Below, piece after piece: positions 28,321-40,712 of a stretch of DNA of 64,000 bases. The position numbers and the translations under genes are program-made. The stretch comes from Glycera tridactyla (Eukaryota), in assembly GCA_965644265.1 (NCBI GenBank), contig OZ286477.1, forward strand, positions 27,404,001 to 27,468,000, read 5' to 3'. Numbering within the stretch: position 1 is the first letter of the stretch; the number at the start of each line of letters is the position of its first letter. The notes beneath the pieces were generated by a model, which searched no databases, had not been told where the DNA came from, and saw nothing but the letters and a program-made list of their open reading frames with translations.

Positions 28321-30419
28321 ACTCAAGGACTTACTTGCTGAATGAATGACCGACTGACCCACTGACTATATTGATTGAGTCACGACCTGGATATATATGT
28401 ATAGTGCAGACTGTCATGAATACTGGTATAATCTGATCTGCTTTTGTTCCCACGTCACAAACATACACACACACACACACATTGTGGAAGAGGAGCAGGC
28501 ACGGGCATCGGGGTCCATAGTTGTTCAACCAGTGTAAAGTACATGGGACGTGGGTTGATGACAAAAGCTCATTTCAGACTAAATCAATTATGGCAGTCCG
28601 ATATGATCAATTTTCTAGTTTGAAATGTTACCCCACATCGTCACTTTCTAGCTGATAGTCAGCGAATATGAGAATGGGAGAAGAAAGGGGAGAATGTTCG
28701 ATAGACTGACCAATAGACAGACAGACTGTCAGACTGACAGTTAGAGGGACATGCAGTCAAAGAGACAGACAGACATTTTGACAGAGAGCCTAACAGACAT
28801 ATATCAAGAAACATAATAACCATAACTGTTTGATTCAGAAACTTATTTGGCAGTCAAAGACGGTCTCGCAGATTTCGTGAGCGAGCGAGCAAATACTCAA
28901 CTCAATATTCAACAAGTATTGCTTGTAATTGGGCATGTCTGGATTCAAAAAATGGAGGGAAGTAATCAATGTGGTGTTGAAATTGCTCTTCGATTGAGAC
29001 AAACATAACCGACAGAATATCGCATACCAAACTGTCAAAATCTCAGAGATACTCTCTTGTAATGCTAGCTTCTATCTCTGATAGACTGCTCTGATTCGAC
29101 AGCTGTGCGCACTTTAGGGGAGTCATAACCCTGATAGAGATGTAGAGGGGGTATAGAGTTACAAACTAACTGAGGAATGATGGCGAGGGGGTATATCTAA
29201 ACAAGGCAAAAATTTATTGCATATTATGGGTATCAGGTAACGATGTCCAGTGGGGCAAGGGGCACGCTAAGTCACACGCCAAGTCAGCCCCTCTTGCCAT
29301 CAAACACCCCATTCTCCGCACCCCACCCAGCACCCTACAAGGCACACTGATATGACCATTTGAACATGATTTGTCGCCTATTAGTTGAGCACGTTGGCCT
29401 CCTTGTTGCTTGTGGTTATTTATCTGTCTTCTCAGCATATGTCCACTGCCCACTGACTCGATGAGCATCAGGATGATGTTCAGTTGGTAGTTTCACGTTC
29501 CTCGGCCACCATCTGGGTTATATTAAGTGAGATAATCCAGGAAGTTTCCTTCTTTTGGTCCCTAACAGAGGGTTAATATCAATGGAATGCACAGATACTG
29601 AAAGATGCCGATTGATGGAGCGGGGGATATTGCCGATTTGTTTGGTATTTATATCATTCCATAACTGTGAAAGGTATTGAGAACCCATGGATTCATTCCA
29701 CAGTTAGCCTTCACCATGACCTGTTAACTTTTGGAGCACTTCATTCTAAACTTGATTTCACTCAAGTTGTTTGATTGGTTGGTCTATTGTTTAATATATC
29801 TCTGGACTTCAGGTTGGTGGCTTGGCTGTTTGGGCTATATCGAGACGCCCATGTGATGAGCATGAGTGAGATCATGTTCTTCGTAGGTCTTAAACGGAAG
29901 GCGGAATGATATGAAACTCAAAGTGAAGCCCATTCCTAGTGAAGAGAGTGGAGTGAGAGTGAGCATTTTCTTTCGGCAAAATTGGGAAGATTGGCAGGTG
30001 ATGAATGTGAGAGAAACGGGATGCGGCTTGGTCACCATGGTGATTTACAGATGCTTCTTCACACAATATGGGAAAATGATAGTGGTGAAGTCAACTCATG
30101 TGCATGATTCGTGCGTGATTCCTCGGCATCCGTCACCGTCTTGCGAAAATGAATGCGCTTTTGTTAATTATGGTTCAAAAACATCTTGTCTTTTTCTGCC
30201 TGGATGATAATAACATTGTTGTTTCCAGATGTAAGTGCAGGCAATTGAAGAAAGCCGCTACTTGTTTTGATGCCCCTCTCTCCCTTTATGCACCCAAGGA
30301 GCCTAATTTTTATAGCTCTTTTCACCCATTTGAAAATCAACGAATGAGAGGTGAGGAAATTTCGAAAGTTTATGTTTTCAGAGTGATGCTGAGAGGGGTT
30401 GGCGTTTCACTCACCCTAG

Positions 30420-30803
30420 TGGCCAATGCGTGCTCAACTCCCCATAAAATAGGGATTGAATGGCTTAAGGCAATTATAGAAACTCTCCCCCTTTCCTTGG
30501 TTCCGGATTGGCTGAGAGAGCATGCGCACGCAGAGGTCCGTCGGTGCAGTGAGTAAGGTGAAGGGACCCCCTCCCCCTCTCTCCTACTTTAATGTATGCA
30601 GCGCAGCCTCGGCTCCGGATTCAGACGGCATCGAGGCTGCATGTGACACGGATACTTGACAGTTATTGGCACTCGCAGGTCACGTGGTACAGACAGGGGC
30701 CTCCGATAGTATTCGCTTCAATCCGACCGACATGCGCTAGAAGTAGGGAGTGCCTACAAATCATTGCTTAGTTAGGGGGTGCAAAAACATACAAGTTTTT
30801 ACT
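30420..30803 (+). promoter_or_regulatory. Putative Lox5 proximal promoter / 5'UTR
   Basis: CpG-rich stretch directly upstream of the ATG. It has CCAAT/ATTGG boxes (30423, 30507, 30665), a GCATGCGC NRF1-like motif (about 30520), the E-box GGTCACGTGG (30678-30687) and ACAAATCA (30756-63). The TSS cannot be determined. Confidence 0.6.
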
Positions 30804-31293
30804 ATGAGTTCCTACTACGCGAATCTTCTACCACCGGCGAATTTGCCCAATGGCGCCACGCAGGAGCATTTCATCGGGCATGAGAGAAAGTACGAAGGGA
30901 ACTTTTACGGGAGTACCGCGGGTGTTGGGTACGACACGGACGCCGGACAGCACCCGGGTTTCCCCCGTTTCCCACCCTACGATCGGCTCGATATCAACCC
31001 GATCACTTCGGTAGCCAAGGCTGGTTACACTACGTCACCTACAAGCCAGTATGCCAATACAGGACTTGCCTATGGTTCACAACAGACTGGACAATACACA
31101 CCGGACGATATGGTGCAATGTAAATTACCGGATGCCGGACTTGTGCCTGGGTCGACGCAACTACCTCAAAGTAACAACCCTGGTCAACCTGGTATGGTCA
31201 GTCCCTACACCACCAACAGTCTCCAGTCGATGGTGAATGGGTCCCAAGCTCAAAATATACCAATATACCCTTGGATGCGTCCCATGAATGGAG
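30804..31293 (+). CDS. Lox5: Hox gene Lox5, coding exon 1 (N-terminal domain and hexapeptide)
   Basis: ATG at 30804 gives MSSYYAN (SSYF-type N-terminus of central Hox proteins). It contains PRFPPYDR (30963-30986) and the IYPWMR hexapeptide (31263-31280). It ends at the donor GAG|GTAAGC (31293/31294), phase 1. Confidence 0.93.
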
Positions 31294-33524
31294 GTAAGCA
31301 CCAACTTTTCAACTTCCGCTTGTGTGCGTGTGAAAAAAAATGGTCATAAGTTGCACCTCTGGTTGTTTAGTGCAGATTTTATGTGTTGTTGATGTCCGCA
31401 CGGCCCCTTTAAGTGACCACTCACACTGACCCTCACACTGACCACTCATACACCCACACACGCATGCCTTCTTGACTTTATATGGGAACTTGTAACTTAT
31501 CATACACCTGTAGTGGGGGACACACGTGGCTTTGTTTTTGCTCTTGTTTATGTAATGACGTAGAGATTGTGTACAAGTTGTCCGCAAGGGCGAGCCCAGT
31601 ACAGGCGATGGTACATCATGGGCTGGCTGTGATGGGCAATAACCATTAAGCTCGGGCATCCCGGTGGCCATTTGTCAACATTGGTCGGGCAATTTATGTA
31701 CCTTCGACAGGCCGGGGTCAGAGAGTATATGCTCTGATCACAACATATGACAAACATCACCCAAATTTGGATCTTCTTTCAATTCAAACTTTTCCATCGT
31801 TTTTATCAATTTTCAATCATCTTCGACTTTGACGCATTCTCTGCTGCTTGCCAGTATTCGACTCAGAGGCTTTGCATTCACACCTTAGGCAAGAGTTCAT
31901 TGCTGTTACCATTACTCACTGCTCAGCACTGACTCAGAACAGAACTTCATGAGTCATGTCAATCATAAAAAGCTTGAATGGATGAGAATTGGAGAAATTG
32001 AAAATAAGACTTGATGACTTCTGGTAACTCATCTTCATCAGTTCTTCACCTACCTGAGATGTCATTGAGTATTGCTCTGAATATCTCATGACTTGTGATG
32101 AGACTTCAAATGTGGAGTGCCTTCCCACAAAGAACATAGGGGATATGAAAGCAAGAAGGCCCTAATCAAACACAAAGTCTTCCATTGGTTCTGCAATCAG
32201 AATATCTTTTTTTGGCAACTGGTTAGGGTGGATAAGTTTACTTCAAGTGTCAAAGAACTTGAGTTTCATTGTATTGTTTTGCTTGTTGTTCAGTAAGTCT
32301 TGATGTTGTCAAAACAGTTCCTTACTTATTGAGATCTGTATTGGCCTGTCTCTCTTCCTCTCCCTCTGTCTCTCTCAATCACTCCTCCCTTCCCTTGTTC
32401 TTGCTTTTGATCNNNNNNNNNNNNNNNNNNNNNNNNNNNNNNNNNNNNNNNNNNNNNNNNNNNNNNNNNNNNNNNNNNNNNNNNNNNNNNNNNNNNNNNN
32501 NNNNNNNNNNNNNNNNNNNNNNNNNNNNNNNNNNNNNNNNNNNNNNNNNNNNNNAGTAATATTTTCCATATCTATGGATTGTTTGTTGCATGACCACAAT
32601 CATGAACAAAAGGGCATCTGACACTTTGTCTGAAATGACACATGATGGTTGATTTTTTGTGGTGTACAGTCAACACAATATAAACATGCACGCATGTACA
32701 CCCACACATACATATATATGTTAAGCGTATGTGCCTGTTTAATAATGTATGAGCACCTCATATGCATAAAGTATCCGGTTGCATATCATTAGCCTCGTTA
32801 CCTTTACACTTAACTGTCATACTTATGTATACATTGTATGCCTACGCTGTTTTGACGTCATCATGAAGTTGTGACGTTATAACAACGCTAGTTTATCATT
32901 GAGATGACGTTACACAGGCATTCGACGTCATTTGGTTGCCTTAAGATGACTCAGTATCCACTGCCATCATTTCGAGAGCCAGCCTTCAACATCTTATAGT
33001 AGGTCGGTTCGCACAAACTTGATGGTTCCAACCCAAAGGTGTCAGAGATCACCTGGAAGGCCATATGGACTTGAACTAAAACACAGCTGTTGTAGTTCTT
33101 CCGAGGGTAAAGGGCAAACAGTGCAAAGGTGTATACACACTACGGCGTGAAATGAAGGTTAGATACCAGATGGTGAAGTGGGGTAAGATAGGAGATTGAT
33201 GGAGTTTAGAGTAGTTTGGCCGAAGCTGACCAGTAGAGTAGAGGCTGCGGGGGTGTCCGGGGGTTGGGAGAGACCGAGAGATGGATAGCTTTTCGCCGGT
33301 GGAGGGCTGCTTCATCGGGTGGTCAGCCATCATCAGTTGCGCTCTCGCGCCCCGCTAATGAATCATTAGTACCCCCTTCGACCTCATTTGATTCCCCTCT
33401 ACTGACCGGTACTAGTGACCACTTTTCAATGGGTCTATTCTGCATAGCACTCCTATAGCGTCAATTTCTCACCTAGCAAAGTCATCTCCATGGTAATGGG
33501 AAAGCCCACTCATGACATGTTTCT

Positions 33525-33840
33525 GTGCGTGTGTGTGTGTATGCGTGTTTGTTTTCGATGTGTGTGCCTGTGTATGTTCTTGTGCATTTGTGTCAGTGTG
33601 TGAATCTGTGTGTCTGTGCGTCTGTATGTCCGGGATATGCGTCTGTATGTCTGTCTGCCTGTCTATCTGCCTGTCTATCTGCCTGTCTATCTGCCTGTCC
33701 GTCAGCCTGTCCGTCTTTCTGTCAGCCTGTCTGTCTGCCTGTCTGTCTGTCTGTCTTTCTGTCTGTCTGTCTTTCTGTCAGCCTGTCTGCCTGTCAGCCT
33801 GTCAGCCTGTCCGACTGTCTGCCTATCTGCCTGTCTCAGT
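33525..33840. repeat. (GT)n / (CTGT)n compound microsatellite, intronic
   Basis: Direct inspection. It explains the ORFs at 33512-34071. Confidence 0.95.
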
Positions 33841-34149
33841 CTCTTTCCTCTTTCTCATTTTCATCGGCTGTTCCTTTCTCTGGCTCTTGTTTCTTCTGCA
33901 TGTCTCTATCCCCTTTCGTTTTTGTCCTTGTTTTTTTCTTTGGTTTCACTTCAACTCCCAACACTCTCGATTCATCCAGTCAAACTCATTGTAATCGAAA
34001 GAGGTATTGCTTCTCGCACATCTGAATGGAAAAAAGCTTTGGAAAGCGTATCACATTACTTGGAACCATGATTGGTACTCTGTAAAGCTTTGGACAACGT
34101 TGATCATAGCTACAGAATCTGAACAGTGGGAACCATTTATTTCACTGTG

Positions 34150-34900
34150 CAAACATTCCAGGTCTTCCGTCCTTGTGTATGGGTTTCACTAAAGAAAATG
34201 ACTAGCTGAATGCATGTCTGGCCTGTTTCGAGAATAGGGTGATTACAAGGACTATATTGAATGTCTGTATGAACAATGCATTTACCCAGAATATCTTGCA
34301 CTGCTTTTGCACTGAATGCGAACTAGAATACCCTTCAGAACAGTTATTCGGTGTTCACTTTCGATCAATCTATACATATGTCCACTCGCATCATTTGATA
34401 GATATGGAATTTGTTTAAGAATTATAACACATCAGTGAAACTATGTCATGTTGAATTATGACATAAACTGGCTGATGGTAGCTTCAAAACTATGTTCTGA
34501 GGAGTGGCTTGATAGAGGGCGCTGACAAATTGATTCCCATCGAAGTGGCCTGATCGACTGACCAAGGCAATCTGGCTCCACGCTGACCAGCGTCCAACCT
34601 TTCCCCCTCCTTGACCGGATACGCTTCGTTTCTGCCCATTTTGATTGGAGAGCGTATACCATTGTCCAGCTCATTGTTGGTTCCTTGTCATAGTTGTGCA
34701 TGGGGGCTGTGATGAACTGGATGGAATGGGCCACATCTCGAGTGCAACTGCATCAGGGAACTGACTGTGTTTATTGTTGCCCTCCGGCACTGTCACAGTT
34801 GCACAGTATCTGACCATTGACATAGAAATCATATATGCAAACCTCTTTATCCTCACATCTCAATTCACATCTCCGCTGAAAGAAACTTTGAAGAAAATTT
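34150..34900 (-). mobile_element. Highly decayed LINE reverse-transcriptase fragment
   Basis: Minus-strand remnants occur in the expected order: FYVN (IYIND), QFPD (LFADD), LDN-VYALQSKW (LDxLYxWSxKW), KCIVHTDIQYSP (KALVRPxLEYxSP). There are many stops and frameshifts. Confidence 0.35.
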
Positions 34901-37900
34901 CCGAAGTAATCATCTAGATGAAATTGTGATGCCAATGAGTATGATATCATGCAATAACTTTTCTTGGTCCTCATCGAGGAATGAGATTAATTGAAAAACA
35001 CACTTATTGTAATATCTGGGGATCATCCTGCAAGTTAACTGAGTTCATTGAAACTTAGTTCATTGAAAAGTCGAGGGCTTATATTGATTTTGACTAGACT
35101 ATAAGCACTGGCACGATAATCATGCATTTAGCCCATTGTCAAATACATATTTCTGAATCCAATATGTTAACATAGTCTAAGATGGCTTACCAGAAGTGAA
35201 ACTGGTGACTGGCCTTGATGAATTGAGTAGCTTAGAATGCAGTTCATCAATATATGATAAAATGAGGAAGGGCTTGAGCCTTGGTCCCACCAACAAGCTT
35301 TAGCGTTGAGGTATCTTTGATGGCAAGGCTCTTATCTGGCATGGGAATGAAAAGTAAAGATAGGCTTAGGCTGGTAAAGTTCATGTTCTACATATCAACA
35401 GAGTCTAGTCTAATAAAATTACTCATTGTGCATCCACGAACAGCTGCGTCCATGTAGTATATATGCGTTGGTGTTCTTCACAAGGTGTTTCTAATGACTT
35501 TGACACCAACTCACCTCATATAACATGCAGTGACCTTACACAGTACACAACAGCACTATATGAACTCCTTTACCCAGAGAGATCATGTAGGTGCTACATA
35601 TCATGTTGATTGCTGACTTGGCATCATATGTTTTGATGATCACACATTTCTCCATTTCTCCCTACATCACTCTCAGGTTTTCTCACTTTCCTTCCTTTTA
35701 TCTTATTCAAAAGATGCCAACCATCACCATTTTTGTGCGATAATCCCTGGTCTGAGGCAACATTTTGACATTTCACGCACGATATTTCTTCATGTAAATC
35801 ACATTTTCTGGTTCAGTTTTGTGCAAATATTACCATTATTATTCCTGAAATTACTTTTGTCCATTATCAAAGGTTGGCATAGCTGTCTTTCCCGCTCTAC
35901 AATCTCTCATCTGCCTCTCTTCTTTTCCTCTTATGTCCATTTCTTTCTGCATCTGCTTATTTCTGCCCTGTTCCCTGCATCTCCCATTATCTGCAATGCA
36001 ACTATTTCTGGCCTTGTTCCCCAGCGTACATTTGTAGGTCAAGAATTTATGAGGGCAGGCACCCCGCCTTCTACATGTAGCAGATTCGATCACTTCTCCA
36101 TGCTATGCACCATTTTCATCTCAGTTGCAACCTCATTCCCCTCACAATCAACAAGAGACTCGAATGCTAGCAAGTAGCCATCTCATACAAAAACAACTGT
36201 AGGAAATCAATGATGGTCAATATCCAGTCTGATTTCAGCATCCTACTAGCAGTTGAAGAAGCGTTGTCCAGCATCTCAGCAGCATTATATTTTCTTCTTC
36301 ATGGGAGGGGATACATTTGCGAAAAGTTACTATTCTGCTTTGGGGGATGAATGACCCTGATGCATGATGTGTTAACGTATGTCAATTCGTTTATGTTGAT
36401 TGATTCAGAGACATCTGTGAGATTAAACGAGAAACTTTGCCAATCCATCAGCATTTTATTGATCATTCCCGATCGATACTAGTCATTGATCCCTGGAGTC
36501 ATACAGAATCTAAAACCCGGAATTTATAGATTTCACCGATCACTCCAAATATCCTAAAATTGTATTGACATCATCAAATCAGCAAATTCATCAAACAAGT
36601 GGAGGCAAATGTCATCGATTGTAATAATATATGGTCCATAGATTTGGTATATGGGCGATTTTGTGGGGTTCGGTTGATTCAGCAAGGTTGGTCAATATGT
36701 GATGTGACCTCCATGCATTGTATGGATCAATCCAATCGTGTGTACCACTTTATGCCGGAAATTAGGTCAACTCCAATGCAAATAGAAAAGGGGCAGTGGA
36801 ATAAATGATGCATATGCAATGCATACTAACATGGGTCGGACCTATTGACCCTTGATGTCCATTGCTCGAATTATCCTATCGGAGTCAAGTCATTTGATGC
36901 AGAGTCTCCTTTTGGTAATTTCGACATACAGTGAGACTTGATCGGGTGGGACAATTGGAGATTACCAACGATCACTGTACATATAATTTTCAGTGATATT
37001 GATAATTTGGAAGATCGATTGATTGATTGATCGATTGATTGATTGATTGATTAGCTAACGTTCATCATCATGTATGGAACTATGCATTGCATATGTCTTG
37101 TTTCTCATATCATGAATGGATGCTGTGTCCCCTCCAGATATCTATCAGTCGAATCTTCAACACAAAATGCTGGGGATCCATGTTGTCTTATGCAAGAAGC
37201 TCACAGTTCAGACACACCTCTACAGCTTCTATATATAACTGGAAGTCCCTATTGAATAAGATATGCGCCTCGCTGATAACTGATTCTTAGGTCTGATGAA
37301 ATTAGTTCAAATCTTGGAAGATATTGTGAGTGGTTTGCACATTCCCAATACTGTGAAAGATGCCTCGGACAGAGCATCAAGCTGAGTCCATCGTAGGGAT
37401 CAGCTGACTTGACATGCCATTGACCTGCATTCTTCATCATTTGGAGGAGGGATAACAAAGATGTCAAGTATTACAGTCTGGGGGTAGTTTAGCATGGCCT
37501 AGACATGGCAGAGCCTCTAGCAGCCTCTCGGGTTTTTATGCTCTCCCCCAGCGATCTACAGCTACCGTAATGCCCCCATTCCAGTATCATGTCTGCGGGT
37601 ATTATCGTCCATAAAACGCCATGCTTACGAGAAAACACGTACAAACCGAAACCACCAAATCCACCGAATACGTACAAAATCATCAAATTAAGCATTCGAA
37701 TGTTGAATTCATTAGCTGGTTTTGTATTAAGTGTTATTTCATCATTGTTATGTGTTCAGAGGTGGAATTTGAGATGTTTGGAGCAGTAATATGGGGTGAT
37801 TATGAAGGTTGTTTAGGAATGATTTATCATTACTGGTGATCAGGGTGGTTGGTAGTGGTGGTGTAATGGTTTTGCACTGAGTTCACCTAGTCTCCCCGTC

Positions 37901-38492
37901 CTAGTTCCAACCAACAACAGATCATAAACACACTTCATGCCCTTAATGTGCCATAATGACACCTCCAAGTGGTGACCTCTACCTCGACAGCTATTAAATC
38001 ACAACCATCATTTGCCCCGCGATTCTCACTTCGCCCATGATGCACACACATCACATGTTTATTACCAGACTCATTCAGTTAGTAAATTACTTCCGTGTTA
38101 CTACTACATGAGTAGCAGATGCTTGCTTGTGGTATCCACAGTTGCTCACCAGCTTCTGTTCCTCGCTTGGGGGTGATAGCCGCATAGCATATGACCTTTA
38201 AAACACCATTTCACTCAATTTCCATACCTCTCCCACTCATAGCATGTGTTTCTAATGTTCAGTCTGTTCAGAATTCATTAAGAAAAAATAACGATGGATG
38301 GCTGCCACTCAAAGCTTACAAGCTCAAAATATTCAGATGTGAAATTTGAGATGGACGGACATGCCCTAAATTCCAGAATGAACCCCGAATCATTATGGTT
38401 TCACAAACCAGCACAAAAGTACTCGTGAAAAAACTCTCTGAACAGGCAGGGTCTATCTTTTTAATCATTGCGAATAGTGTCGTCATCACTCT

Positions 38493-39256
38493 GCAGAATT
38501 TCAATCATTACTATCTTTGGTCATCAGAGGTTGGCATCACTGAGTGTAGAAAATCAGCGAAATTTCGATCATTACTATCTTAGATCATCAGAGGTTGGCA
38601 TCACTGAGTGTAGAAAATCAGCAAAATTTCAATCATTACTATTTTTGATCATCAAAGGTTGGCATCCCTGAAAGTAGAAAATCAGCAAAGTTTCAATCAT
38701 TACTATCTTTGATCATCAGAGGATGGCATCCCTGAGAGTAGAAAATCAGCAGAATTTCAATCATTACTATCTTTGGTCATCAGAGGTTGGCATCCCTGTG
38801 AGTAGAAAATCAGCAAAATTGCAATCATCACTATCTTTGGTCATCAGAGGTTGGCATCCCTGTGAGTAGAAAATCAGCAAAATTGCAATCATTTCTATCT
38901 TTGGTCATCAGAAGTTGGCATCCCTGAGAGTGGAAAATCAGCAAAATTTCAATCATTTCTATCTTTGATCATCAGAGGTTGGCATCCCTGAGAGTAGAAA
39001 ATCAGCAAAATTGCAATCATTTCTATCTTTGGTCATCAGAGGTTGGCATCCCTGAGAGTAGAAAATCAGCAAAGTTTCAATCATTACTATCTTTGGTCAT
39101 CAGAGGTTGGCATCCCTGAGAGTGGAAAATCAGCAAAATTTCAATCATTTCTATCTTTGGTCATCAGAGGTTGGCATCCCTGAGAGTAGAAAATCAGCAA
39201 AGTTTCAATAATTACTATCTTTAGTCATCAGAGGTTGGCTGAGAGTAGAAAATCAT
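38493..39256. repeat. Minisatellite, about 12 x 64 bp, in Lox5 intron
   Basis: Unit AATCATTACTATCTTTGGTCATCAGAGGTTGGCATCCCTGAGAGTAGAAAATCAGCAAAATTTC recurs at an exact 64-bp period (38503, 38567, 38631 ... 39207), with scattered substitutions. Confidence 0.97.
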
Positions 39257-40034
39257 CATTCTCATCTCGGAATAGTGACCTATGGCTATTCATGAGGGGA
39301 AAGTGAGCAATGAAACACTTGCTTTTTGAGCAGTAAAAAAATGGAGTTGACTGACTTGCACCCAGGATTTACTGGCCTCCAGTCGGTGTTAGTTTCACAC
39401 ACTTAATGTGAGTTAATGCATTGAAAGGGTCTTAGATTTTAGAAAGGAAAGCGTGGGATAGCACCTACTTGACGACCATGTTTGCACTGGACCGATGACA
39501 ACCTGTCGGTCATTGACCTTTCGCTGATCAGCTGACCTTTGTTTCAACACTGCGGCCGGACGCAAATAGGCAGATCATTGCGCTGTGCGGCGGTCATTGT
39601 GGAGTTCACACTGCGGCCAGACTGTATCCAAACACTTGCCACAATAAAACACTTGTCAACTGTGATAATTGTGCACACATTGCCGACCTTGCCGCAATAA
39701 ACATCTCGAACCCTCGAGTAATTTCCCTGAACAGAAGCATGCAATTGAAGTAGAGTGACTTGTTTCAAGGATCCTGAAAATTGCGATAGAATAAAGACAT
39801 AGAAATAGAAATATCGGCCAAAATTTGCGATTCAAGAAAGAAATTTACATATGAGACGAACATTCAACTTGCATTGAAGAAATATTTCCAGAGGTTCTGG
39901 TTCCATTGCATCGATCTCATGAATTTCTTCTATTCTGAGTTGAGATGAAGTTTTCGATCATTAACTTTTCGAAGTAGTACGTGTGCTTCCACTGTATGCC
40001 GGTACAGGTATGTCTGAACTGACAGCTACTTCCA

Positions 40035-40100
40035 CACCACAACCTTTTCTGTTCTCCATCAACTGGTCTTTAGGGTTTGTGAGAGTGATGCCTACAGGGA
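40035..40100 (-). repeat. Dispersed repeat family C, copy 1 (others at 42055-42120 on + and 55380-55440 on -)
   Basis: Shared core GG(C/T)ATCACTC(T/A)CACAAA(C/T)CCT(A/G)AA...GATGG...AAC, seen in three places. It is probably a remnant of an old retroelement, but the family is not identified. Confidence 0.6.
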
Positions 40101-40624
40101 ATAGATCATCCCGCTTTCACTGACAAGAGACAAACGGCATACATGATCCTCTTGGTTGCTACATGCCATTGAACGTCAATCAATTGATCACACACACGCA
40201 CACGTGCGTGCATGCATCTCGTCTCGTGTTATGGTCTATATCTGAGGGACTGTCTGATAGGTTGATACGGAAGGGATCACAGCTATAACAGGCTGTTGCA
40301 GGCCTCCTGTCCATTATACCTTATATGAACCATATGTGGATCACATGTGACCTATATATACGGACACATGCAAGCCATCAATACATCTGGACCATGTTAG
40401 ACCCAGTAATTGACTGATTTATAGATTCTTAATGACCCATCCTTCCTGACCTCGACTTCTATGAACTGTCAATAACAGCTATACCAACCGTTATCATTTC
40501 GTGCGCTGATGGTCTAATTTGTATATTACTTTACTTCAAACAGTGCTTGCTTGTTTCACAATATGATATCGATATCAAATATGATGAAACTTTGCATACG
40601 GGGATTAAAAGGATGATACTGCTA

Positions 40625-40636
40625 TGATGGTAATAA

Positions 40637-40668
<32 letters not shown>

Positions 40669-40712
40669 ATGGAAGTAGTGATGATAATAACGATAATGAT
40701 GATGATAACGAT
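40625..40712. repeat. (GAT)n microsatellite
   Basis: Direct inspection. Confidence 0.9.

Noticed and set aside
30750-30803. N-terminal extension from the GTG start in the ORF track
   Set aside because: The conserved MSSY start is the ATG at 30804. The ORF finder used a bacterial alternative start.
31294-31349. ORF continuation GKHQLFNFRLCACEKKWS after exon 1
   Set aside because: It lies beyond a canonical donor at the usual Hox intron position.
36927-36979. TA-CAGTGA...TCACTG-TA mini inverted repeat
   Set aside because: The arms are only 6-8 bp, which is within chance expectation.
38493-39256. CRISPR-like periodic array
   Set aside because: The whole 64-bp unit repeats with no unique spacers, there are no cas genes, and the context is eukaryotic.
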